NCBI GenBank assembly: GCA_036172245.1
Contig: JAYWIR010000032.1
Span: 868,001 to 932,000 of the forward strand
Direction of reading: 5' to 3'
DNA from: Raillietiella orientalis
Taxonomy: Eukaryota
Length of the DNA stretch: 64,000 nucleotides
Shown here: piece after piece, positions 39,001 to 49,559 of the stretch
Layout of the letters: every line of letters begins with the position of its first letter
Numbering within the stretch: the first letter of the stretch is position 1
Notes under the pieces: model-generated
What the model was told of the DNA's origin: nothing
Seen by the model: the letters and a program-made list of their open reading frames with translations, nothing else
The model's database searches: none
Position numbers and translations under genes: made by a program

Positions 39001-40489
39001 GTACGCTGCTTGCACTTACTGAATCATGTAAAGAGGGAATTTAGTGTTGTTATCTTCTTGAAAAGACATTCGTTCGCAACATCTCTTTTGAATGTTTTTT
39101 TTTTTTTTTTTTTTCCAAGTGCAGTCTCCATCCATGAGCAAAGGACTTTTTTTTTTTTTTTGTGCAATGGAATGTGGGTTTTCGAAAAACAGTGCTGACT
39201 CACCATCGAGATGGCCCTGCAATATTCTTGAAATGCTCCTGCCTGCTTGAGTTACGAACTTGTTTCCACAGCAGCCAAACGTCCAGGTCTCCCATCTGAG
39301 AACATTGACAAAATCCAGTCGTTGCTTTAGCAACTGCTGTTAGATTAAAATCTCAAACAATGGCGAATAAATTTTATTGAATTCATGGAGAGCAAGTAAA
39401 TCTACCGTGTCCTTGGTTTCAGTCATTTTTATTTCCTCTTATGTCCTGAAAACGCCAGATTGAGGCTTGGACTTCCTTCAGAAATCAGGTAATGACCTTG
39501 CCTACTGTACTCTTTAAAGATATCCTTCCTAAGGATATCTTTTGCTTGTCCTTTTGGGGGATTTTTTTTCACCGAAGCGGCTTTACACGTGTGGGAGGGT
39601 AGAAAGGAGCAAAATTGTGTGTGTGTGTGTCTTTTTTTTTTTTTTTTTTTTACAAGCAATCTTTTAAATAACTGAAATGATGTCGTGGACAGAGCAATCA
39701 GTAAATACTCATGAGCACATCATTCCTCCGGACATTCCTCTGTACGCCTCGGCGCTCTGCTGTACTTCCATCTTCGTGCATCGTTTATAGATTCCGTGCG
39801 TGTCCTGACGTTGTGGAGAATCAGTTTATCCTGGATTTTAACGTTTGCTAATCACTTCGTGTCCAGGGTGTACTACTGTTCCCGGGATTCCTCCTGCTCC
39901 CTGTGGCTCGCAGCCGATCCTGCAATGGAATGATGCGTACGAGCATTCGATTCTGTGGGTGAAAACCTGGCAACGATCTGTTTTCCTTTCCTCGTCCTCG
40001 TTAACGTTTCGAGTTGCTCTTTTGCCCAGGGTCCTTCTCTCGAGTGAACGCGTTTTCCTTTTTTCCAACCGCACTGGGAATTCTGCGCGCTTCCCTGTTT
40101 TTTTTGGAGACGAGCACTTGACAACCTGTATCCAGAAGGCTTGTTCCGCGAAAGAACAGATTGTGTTCGAAGACTGTTGAAGTCTCGAGGAAGAGGATTT
40201 TTCACGAGGGGTGCGAATGCCCTCCTCGCTCTGTTAGCCGAGTTCCAGATGCTTCCAATTTCTTTGCCTGACGGTGGCTTGCGCAAACTTCGAGACAAGG
40301 CGCAGGCAGTTTCGCAGCAGAAAAGCAAAAGGCCGCGTTGCTCTCAGGGGAGAAGAAAGAAAAAACAGAGAAGAAAGCCCCAATCTCTTCAGCAGTCTGT
40401 AGCCTTCCATTGCATTTTTATTTATATATATTTAAATTTGTTGCACAACCAGAGTTCTGCTCTGGACTCAGCTCGCTAGGATCCTAAAC

Positions 40490-40745
40490 AGGATCTAGAG
40501 GACCAATCCACGCGCAGTGTGATCCCTTCCCCACTCTCAGACCTTGGTGCCCTCCCTACGTTTCACCTTTTGCTTGGTTTTTGTTCTTTTATTCCTACCT
40601 CCGAGCGTTGGATGGACCTCGCCGGTTTTTGCACCGGCTGCTAGCTTGCTGTTGTGGAGTGGTGAGCCCTTGGGTTCACCACAAGAAAGTAGAATGTCCT
40701 TTTATTTGTTCCAAATAAATGCCCCGGCATATCCGGGTGATAAAC
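40490..40745 (+). mobile_element. LINE 3' UTR remnant
   Basis: GTGATCCCTTCCC, a T-rich tract, AATAAA at 40714 and a CCCGG-CATAT-CCGGG hairpin. Confidence 0.65.
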
Positions 40746-40859
40746 CAGAGTTCTGAAGATTGCACTTTCGATGAAGTGGATCTCGGTCTCTCATCTTTGC
40801 TGACTAACTGGATCCGCTCTTGCATTGGTACGTGGCTGAGCAGGTGTCACGTTTGTGGC

Positions 40860-41350
40860 TCCCCGAAGCCTACATACCAACCAGAGTCATCCTGCGACGG
40901 GAACTCGAAACCCACGACGCACCCATTCCTCGGCGACGATTCCTTCATGTGGAGGGATTCGAACCCGCAGCGCTTGGTTGCCACGCGCGAAAACCAAAAA
41001 CCGAATCCTTTGAGGCAGACCGTGGCCACATGGCCGCCGACTTCTCCTTCCCTTGTTGCAATACATCCGGAACGGCGAGGAACCGTGGAGACGGTGGGCA
41101 GAGTGAGCTACCCAGGATGGCCTGCCCGTCAGCCACCCCTTTCTCTGATGTTCTCGTGTCACCCCTTTAGCCGCAGTGGTGTCCTCCGCTTTCGAAGCCC
41201 GCGGCACCTGACTACCGGGGAAATCTCTCCTGGATCTCAGACAGCAGGAAACCCTCGAGGCAGCCGGATGGCATTCGCTGACGCCGCAACAAAAGCGACC
41301 CCTCCCGGAAGACTCGTTCGCTGCGGTGACTATTCGGCGTTTCACCGGAA
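40860..41350 (-). mobile_element. LINE 5' module copy, reverse orientation
   Basis: Reverse complement reads GTCGGCGGCCATGTGGCC...AAGCGCTGCGGGTTCGAATCCC...GTGGGTTTCGAGTTCCC...CAGGATGACTCTGGTTGG. Confidence 0.7.
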
Positions 41351-41509
41351 GAGCTGAAGATACCTCCGGTGTTCGCGCCTCCACCCTCGGGTAGCAGCAG
41401 CGGTCGGCGCGCTGCTGACGTCGCGTTGGGCGCACTCCCGTGCAACGCGTGCTGCCGCCACTGGACGAGGGGGGGGCGTCAGTGCCAACTGCGTTAGGTG
41501 CAGGGAGAA

Positions 41510-41990
41510 TGACACGTTCCTGTGGCAACTGCTGGTGCGTTGCGTTGCCTTCCGGGAATTGCGGGAACGTTCCTCCGCGTCCCTCCCTTGGCCAGCGGAC
41601 AACCCGACAAACGTCTTGAGGAACCTCTTTGTGCCCGGTCGCCGGCTGCCATCGCCGCAGTGCAGCTCTGCCTGCTCGGGGTCTTCGCTTGCAGGAACGA
41701 CGCCGAGGGAGGACGGCGCGATAGGGGAGCCATCCGGTTACTGCGGTTCGAGGCGAGTTGCGGAGGATGCAGAGGACCACACATCGCAGGATGCGATCCC
41801 TTCCCTCTCTCCACCCGATTTTACCAGAATGCTTTTTCTTTCTTTCATTTCTCTTCCCTATCACTTGTTTTCTTATCCACTAACCCCTCCACGATGTTGT
41901 GGACCCCTACGGATGGTCGGAATTTCGCCTGTTTATTTTATTTTTTTTTATAAAAGGATAAACGCTCTCTTGCAACCGGGTGAAAATCCT
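41510..41990 (+). mobile_element. LINE 3' end
   Basis: Similar to the other 3' ends (GCGTTGCCTTCCGG...GATAGGGGAGCCATCC...GCGATCCCTTCCC...ATAAACG...CCGGGTGAAAATCC), with internal deletions. Confidence 0.65.
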
Positions 41991-42599
41991 ACGGTGGTTG
42001 CCGTTCGAACTTCAACTTCATCCATTTACCGCTTTTAATTTTACATCTTTGCATCCCGCCCTTTTGGATCCTTGAAATAAAGGATGTCGCAGCTGATTGG
42101 TGCAGCCTCCCCCCCCCCTCAAAAAAAAAAAAAAACGGATCAACTCCCCTCTAATGGAATCAGAGGAAGGGTGCTGTTTCGAGCCCCCTCAGACTCCAGT
42201 CAATTCCACATCAAAACACCGTTTCGTCCACAGGGGAAGGGAGAGAGGGACGTACAGGAACGAACTCATTACATCCTATGCCGGAGCCAGGGATCGCTGG
42301 CTGGCATGAGGGATGCGGATGTGAAGATGCTGCCTCCTCCTACACTCAAGGTTGTTTGTTCAGAAACGAACAAGCACGTCCGTCCATTGGGCCATCTCTT
42401 GGTAGGAAACCAACATCATTTGCAGAGGCGGGCAAAACACGAGTAAGCATTTTTGGACGGCAACACCAGTGCTCTTCAGCGGGGGAAGAAGAAGAAGAAG
42501 AGAAAAAAAATAAGGAAGGAAGGAAGGAAAAACGGAAGAGGAGGAGAGACATTGTCGTCAAGCAGCCTCAGAACTGTCGGATACCAGGAGCCGCCTCCT

Positions 42600-43420
42600 T
42601 TTATCCACAGTACGTCATCGCATGTCACGAAGGATGGTAAGTTCCATGAAAATCTTGACGGGTAAACAGTTGAAAAGATCCAGTCTTCCGCTCCTCCAGC
42701 TCAGATGGTCCTCAGGAACGAGGCTCCAGAGGAGGATCAGCTCTTGAAGATGAAACGCGGATGGTCTGGATGTCTTTCCGCGTTCCCTCACGGCTTGCGG
42801 CACCGCTGCAATTCAGCGAAACCGGTTTCCGATGCGAGAGAAGAGCTTCCGCCGATGGGAGCAAGAGTGCATGTGCTGCGTCCCCTCTCGGTTACGTTGG
42901 CAGCGACGCTTTTCCGAATTCCCACCATAAGCAATGAATTTTCTTCGGTACCCGGGTGAGCAGAGTTTCCCGGGAGACAAGCGGACGAACCTGGCCTTTC
43001 GTGCTCTCCACTCCAAGAAGAACTCACGCAGCAATTCACAAGATGCCCTCTCGGAAAGCCATCTGATTACAAGGCGATTAATTATCGCAGACGTACGATT
43101 CGCGGGTAGCCCCCCTCCTCCTCATCTCGAGATCGTAACTCGCTCTGCTCGAGCGAAGGAGAGAGCTGTCCATCATGCGGGCAACTGCCATCCGTCTCTC
43201 CAGTTTCTCGATCCTCATCAATCAGTGTTTGCCAAGGAGACGTTTCGCATCATGGTGACGCGCGTTCGTCCGCGGGAAGCCAAGGGAAGCACCAAGTGCC
43301 TGGAATGTCTCGTGTCCAAAGTGTCTCGTTCGTCCAGACGCTGTAAAAAAAAGAAAAAGAAAAAAGCACTCACATCTTGTGAAATCTATGGGGGCGTCCA
43401 GATGAGTGATGCTCCCTAAA
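42600..43420 (+). mobile_element. Possible decayed RT fragment
   Basis: PSLQFLDPHQSVF resembles RT domain 2 (I.P.Q.GF); otherwise weak. Confidence 0.25.
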
Positions 43421-44154
43421 GCTGAAGACTTTAGGTTGCAGGCGAAACTTGGAGAACGCTTTAGGTGCTCACACCCACGAAAATGATGTCCTTGAGATCC
43501 ACTGTGCATGAGTGGACCTCGTACTGAATTTTGCGCACCGTTTGCCTCCGCGCATGCGTAGCGAGCGCGATGGCGACACCACCCGCCTTTTCCTCCGCGT
43601 ATTCACGGCACCCCACCCGGTGGACTCTCGTAAGCACGGAGGGAGGAGGGGGTGAGCGTTCTCTTTGCTCGTCGCTGGTCAGCTCGGAGGCGTGGTCTTC
43701 AGGTGGGTGCGCCCCCGGCATGCGGCGTGGGAGGAGGGCAGCCGACCGACTTTCCCTTCAAGAGTGACCTTTCTTGTCCCCCCCCCCGTTCTAGCTCCGC
43801 GTCCGTTCGCTTGCAGGGGCTGCAAACGAGCCTGCAAGAGACAAGGAAGCTCCCCCAAGAAGAGGTCCGGCAGCAGCGAAGCTTCTTCGAAGCAGACGGT
43901 GCTCCCTCAGGAAACACCTGAGCAGCAGCATGGAGGCGAAATGGAAGACTACAGCGACAATCTCTGGAAGGGAGAAAAGACTGGGTGAGTGGGAGACGGG
44001 ACAGCTCACAGACGCTGCGACCCCAAGTACAGCACCCCATGGACTCTTTTGCTGGGGCGAGCTACTGGATGTTCCGTCAGAACTCATGTGCTCATGTTCC
44101 GGGTGCTCATGGACACGCGTACCCTCCCCTTGAAGTGGCAGGAGCTGGTGCTGT

Positions 44155-44680
44155 TTTGACCCCCGGTGCTCCGGGGCGTTTATTTTAAAACATACAAACA
44201 AACATGAGTAGGGCCATCAGCCCTACAACGTCCGAAAGAGTTTGGAATTTGCCGAGTCACCGGCACTCAGGTCTGTGAGGTTCGATTCGGCAGTGGAGGG
44301 GAAGGGGACAAACAAAAAAAAAAAAGAAAAAAAGAAAGCTATTTACAAAAACAGGGGGGGCTGGGGAAGGGATCACGTTCCACTGCAGGCCGTCCTCTAT
44401 ATCCTTTCCAGGATGCCGGCAAGTTGCATCCGCATACGTCTCAGATGGGGCCATCCGGCTGCCGTCCTCAGGAAGCGCAGGGAGGAGCAGATGGCGTCCC
44501 TATCGTGCGGTTTATCAGTGGCGTTGCTCCAGGCCGCCACAATCCCACTTAGGCAGGCTGATAGGGCTGCGGCAGGCGAAAGGGCATCGCGCACAAAGAA
44601 GAGCTTGAACACGTCTCTGGGAGCGATCACTGGTGCTCCAAGGGCGGTTGCAAAACGCAACCACAGGGACCGGAGCGGGG
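44155..44680 (-). mobile_element. LINE 3' end, reverse orientation
   Basis: ORF LRSLWLRFATALG...WSNAT...RTAAGWPHL...LAGILERI; AATAAA (44179-44184 on -) and a CCCCGG-N4-CCGGGG hairpin at 44161-44176. Confidence 0.8.
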
Positions 44681-44684
44681 GGTG

Positions 44685-45360
44685 CTGTTGGTGCTTCACT
44701 GGGGTCTCTCGTTCAATGCCCGCCGTCCTCGCTGGAGTGGGTTTGTGTGGATCCCAACTGTGTCAGGTGCGGGGAACGTGAATCCCTCCCACATCTTCTA
44801 GTGGACGTGTTGCCCCCCAGCCCCTCTGGCAACGCTTTGCTGAGGCCATGGAAACCTCCGGAGGCAACTCCAGGAACTCTTCGGAACCCCTCTTCGTTTG
44901 CGATGCCTTCGTCCAGCGGCCTGTCTGGAAGTCCTGTGCTGCCTACGCGGGATCGTCTCTGCATGGAGCAACGCAACAGAGGAACCCAGCAATAGGGATG
45001 CCATCCACTTCGCCGTCCTTTTCATAAGAACAGCAAAGCGATGGCACCACCTGGACAGCAATATCCAGCTAGACCTTGCCGGCATCCTGCAGAGAATGGA
45101 CAGGACCGCCATCAGCAGAACGTGATCCCTTCCCACACACTCCGAAGTGCATTTCTTTTTATTTTTTGTTTCTTTTTTTTTCTTTTGATTGTCCCTTCCC
45201 CTCCGCTGCCGTGGTGGACCGCGCCGGTCTGCAAACCGGTGACCCGGCAGGTTTCCTTTAAATTGTACGTGGCTGGACCCCTGGTCCAACCACAGTTCTT
45301 GTAACATGCTTATTTTTGACATAAACACCCCTTCGATTCCCACCCAGGAGGGTGAGAATC
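44685..45360 (+). mobile_element. LINE 3' end with zinc finger
   Basis: PNCVRCGERESLPHLLVD (CxxC...H), WSNATEEPSNRDAIHF...LAGILQRMDRT-stop and 3' UTR. Confidence 0.8.
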
Positions 45361-45419
45361 GAAGCAGGCGGCGCTGGTGCTCGACCACGAGCGGACCGCA
45401 GGCTTTCCGGCGATGGAAA

Positions 45420-45900
45420 TTCGGTCTCCGCTTCCCTCGCCGTGGGGTCCGAGCGAGGCTGCGGAAACCAGCAAGGCGGGCGTTCGGGCCGCTTCCGAAG
45501 ACGTCGTTGCACGGAGACGCTGGATGCAACTTCTCAGCAGGGCGCGTGGGCTGCTTTGTCCGCCCTATGTGGGGGTCGTGCCATTCAACCGGTCTGCTGG
45601 TGAGTCACCTAAAGATGCAAACCTGGAAGCAGCATCTTCGAGAGGTCTCCGCAGTCCCTTTTTGGAAACGGTCAGCAAATACCCCCTCGTCACTGAAGCA
45701 AAACGTCGACGCTGCCAAAGCAACAGATCACTTGACGCGCGGACACTTCGCATTTACGGCAGGCGGAGGGATGCAAGCTGCCTCTCATGTACCCAACCGA
45801 ACCACGCACTATGGCTTGTGACTTGGCAGAAGTCCGGTGATTCCCGTTCATTGGCTCCGACTTCCCTTTGGCCGGGCGTCGATCACAGGAGTCATGAATT
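45420..45900 (+). mobile_element. Possible decayed RT fragment
   Basis: RRWMQLLS...VVPFNRS resembles the segment preceding the RT domain 4 GVRQG motif. Confidence 0.25.
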
Positions 45901-46837
45901 CGCGTCTCACTCCCGGAGAGTGCTTGGCGCAGGGAATTACCCTACTAGGGTGTCTGGCAGGGGAAGGAGGACGTGCCCAGATGATCGGCTCAGCTGTTCC
46001 ACTATAGAGCCAAGCGCTCTGATCAATGCGGACATCCTCTCCCCCGTTTTTTCCTCCCGTGCCTTCGCGTCTAGAAGAGTCCAGTTGTAAGGTCCCGGCT
46101 CGCAGCGGCGATGCGGATCGCGTGCAGGTGGCGCACGGGAGTTTCCCGTCCGCCGACCTCGTCGTGCGGATCGTGGCAGGCCGCCGCCGCCGCCTCCCAT
46201 CCCGACACGGCGTTGCAGGCAAAGATCAACGAGGCGAGCCCGGAGTTGCGGTAGCAGACTGCTGTGCTCCTTCTGCGGCAACTTCTCGCCCAGGAGATCG
46301 ACATGCATCTCTACGAGTGCGCGCGGGCAGGACGAACTTCCCTTGCCGAGGGGCTGAGTTCCCCGGGGGAGCATCTCGGCTGCAACGACCTACCTGCGAA
46401 ACGGGGACTCTTCTGCGAAGTTTCCTTAAGTCTCGTGAGAGCCGGCCTCTGGGATCCTCCAGCTGTATCTTATTTTCCGTTTCTCGTGTTGTTCCTTTCG
46501 TGGGCTGCATAGATGTCCCTGGTGTACTGGATGCACGGTGCCTCATCCTCTCCGAGTGCCTTTTAGGAATTCCAAGATCCTGCAGCACTTCTCCGTGACC
46601 TGGTTCTCAGGTTCCCAACGACGAGAGCACGCACCTTGCATTGTTTCTCCTCTTTGCCTAGCTGGAGGGCCACTTCCGTGCTTTTCCAGCTTGTTCCTCC
46701 TAGCTGTTCTGAACGCCTCTTTTTTCACCCTTGCACGGACAGCAGATGACCAGCGCTATTCGTTCGATTTCCTTTCTTCAGCACTCGTTCTGGTTGCAAG
46801 AGGGATTCCGATCCTGAAGCTCTCTAGTCAGTGAGCA

Positions 46838-47150
46838 CTATGGTCCACTTTGCCCTTCATCTGCTGCGGCCATGCTGATCATTTCTTGGATCGCGTCGTG
46901 TCGCATAGTGGACAGATGAAAGTGCTTCCTGCACTGGCTCAAGTTATGAGGCAACGTTCCGTCTTCCGTCCGGCAGCGTCGACATGCGCGTCCCTCTGAT
47001 TTCACCCTGGGCCCGGCCCTGACTGGTAGGACGTTTAGCCTGGCTGCGTGGATGAATCTGCGATCCTGCAACCTCAGGTACTCTCCATCGGTGAGGAGGA
47101 AGCTTGAGGCGTGGTGCATGCCCACACGCTGCATGGCTCTCCCTTGACCG
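46838..47150 (-). mobile_element. Fragment of a REL-endonuclease non-LTR retrotransposon (NeSL/Utopia/R2-group)
   Basis: GQGRAM...ASSFLLTDGEYLRLQDRRFIHAARLNVLP...CRRCRTEDGTLPHNLSQC...RHDAI: a CCHC knuckle followed by the RH(D/N) motif that precedes the REL domain. Confidence 0.8.
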
Positions 47151-48295
47151 AGGCGCTTCTGAGCGAGGGATTGCTAGGAGTGCTCTCCCTGCAATGCTCG
47201 TCCAATAGCAGGACGCTTACTGGTTGGAGCACGGACCAGCTAACCGACTCTGGGACCCCAAGTCTCCAGCCTAAAGGAATTGTGCGTTGGGGTGGGCTGC
47301 TGAGCATTCCCCGTGAGGAACTGGAGTGGCCCCCATCGCTCCTGAATAACCGCATCCCCCCTTTTCAAGGCACTTCTGCTATTGCACTGGGACCTCCCCA
47401 ATGCAACGCGTGCTGGCATCACTGGACCCCGGTGTCTGTGTGGATCCGAATTGTGACAAGTGCGGGGAACAGGAAACCCCCACGCTCCTGCTTGTGGGCT
47501 ATGTTGCCCTGCGGCCGTTGTGGAGACGCTTCGTGCGCGACGCATTGCCGCTGGTCTCATCCCTAGCAGTTCTTTGCTGCCTACGAGGGGTTGTGGCTAA
47601 GCGGAGCCACGACAATGGAGGAAGAAGCGGTAGGGACACCATCCACACTTTACCCTATGCTTTTTACGGAGGGCAACGAGGTGGCCCCACCTGGAGAGTA
47701 CGATAGAAGAACTTGCCAGCCCCCTGGAGAGGATGCAGAGAACGGCCTCCAGCAGGCAGTGGTCCTTTCCCTGGCCCCCCACCCCCTTCGGAGTTTATTA
47801 ATATTTATATATACAGTCGTATCTCGTCAAACTCGTCATTACTCGTCGCATTTTGACGAGAAAAAAAAAGGTGCTCCGACACTCGGCGCCTACTCGGAAC
47901 TCGACACCCCGCTCTCATGATGGAACACAAGTGGAGTGGCTTTAGTCTCATGGTGGCTCGCGAACAGTGCTGAACACTCTTATAGCGTGCCCCCCACATA
48001 GATGTGTGCTAAAATGGGTCCTAAAATGGTTACATTGAAGTTCGTTCGGTACTCGTCGGTTTCGGCACTCCTTACGGGTTCCGGAACGGATTACCGACAG
48101 GTACCGAGGTACCTCTGTATTTAATTTTTCGTTTTTCTTTTCTCCCATTCCTTCTGCTGTCGAGGCCATCCTCTCCGGTGTGCGCACCGGCTGCCCGGCA
48201 GGCTGCTTAAAGGACGGAACTTGATAAGGACAGTGGCTCTATTGTAATGTCTATTGATTGTAATAAACGTCCAGGCGATCCCGGGTGAAAATCGA
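47150..48295 (+). mobile_element. L1/Tx1-like LINE 3' end interrupted by a MITE
   Basis: GIVRWGGLLSIPREELEWPP, PNCDKCGEQETP.LLVG.VALRPLW. The 3' UTR resumes at 48120 and ends with AATAAA at 48262 plus CCGGGTGAAAATC. Confidence 0.75.
47814..48117. mobile_element. pogo/Tigger-like (Tc1/mariner superfamily) MITE, 304 bp
   Basis: Imperfect terminal inverted repeats (CAGTCGTATCTCG versus CAGAGGTACCTCG on the opposite strand), TA on both sides (47812-47813, 48118-48119), and it splits a LINE 3' UTR. Confidence 0.7.
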
Positions 48296-49559
48296 CGTGG
48301 TTGTGGGATGCGCGCGGAGATCTCATGCGGAGGAGAGTACCACGGAAACATCCCCTGGGAACAATCCAGTCGATCCTAAGTCTCCAGAGAGCTCCGTTGT
48401 GCGATGAGGGTGGCAAAAAAAGAAAAAGAAATCGAACGAACGCGCATCCCCTTCTGCTCTGCTTTCCGCGAGTGCTTTTTGTTTTGGTTCGCTTCCTTGG
48501 AGGGAGGGGAGGGGGAGGGATCCACGAAGTTCCTTTTAACTTTGTCCACGCCGCCTGAAGGTGCGTGGAGCTCTTCAATTTAGGGGGTAACACCGGAGGG
48601 ACCACCCTATGAGTCCAGGAGGGTGTCGTCCGGCCCCGTGCGTCGCCTCTCACAGAGTCAAAGGCGGGACGATCCGAGGACTCTGCAGCGTCTCCTCATC
48701 GCTTGCGGTCCCGCAGCGTTTATCCCGCTGCGCGGCCTCTGAGCTCCAGTCCCCCCCGTTCCCCTCCGGGTCCTTCTTGCACCTTCTTGCGGCGGGGAAA
48801 GGCTGTGGGAAGCGCGGCGTGCCGGGATGCGATTCCTTTCCCGGGAGTTTGCGTCCCGTCACCCAAGGCACAAACGGAGTTGACGCTGTGCCACCGGCAA
48901 GACTCTCGTCCTCATGAGGTTTCCCCACGAGGCTGATCGCTTTCTGCCATGTTTGAAAAAACATGTTTATTTTCTAGGGGAACACGGTTTTCCGGAAAGA
49001 TGGGAAATCAGAAAACATCTGCGATTTGCATCGTCACGACGCATGCGTCGAATCATTAAAAGGCCAAAAAAGAAAAAAAGTGATATAATAACAGTTTGTC
49101 AGCAGAGTTGTGCCTCACGCTGTTCCACAATAAGGTAATAAATAGTTGCAGATTTCCTCAGAGGAAAAGAGGTAACATTCGTTAACATAAAGTTCGAATT
49201 CATCAAAAACAAATCGAGGACTACTTTACGAGTGGACGTGGCAGGCAGCAGCGAAAAGAAAAAAAAAAAAAAAAACAGGATTCTCAGAGGAAAAGAAAAA
49301 ACACATTGGGTGGGTGATCAGCGTAAAATACAAATGTAATTTATTAAGTCTGTTCGTCATGTTCACCCAGGATCGTCCCAGCGGGAACGCAAACCGGTCA
49401 TCTAAACCGGGGTGCCGAAGCACCTCGGTGCACGCACGCACGCACACATCCTCTGCAAACCATAGCCCGATGCAGCTTAGAAGCATGGAGCAATCGGGAA
49501 GGGATTCCAGACCTTCGAGCTCGTTGTGGAACAGCAGAATCACGGCTCTGCGCTGACCA

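Noticed and set aside
40887..41864. 325-aa ORF, the longest in the window
   Set aside because: It runs across two oppositely oriented LINE fragments and is R/P/G-rich with no domain.
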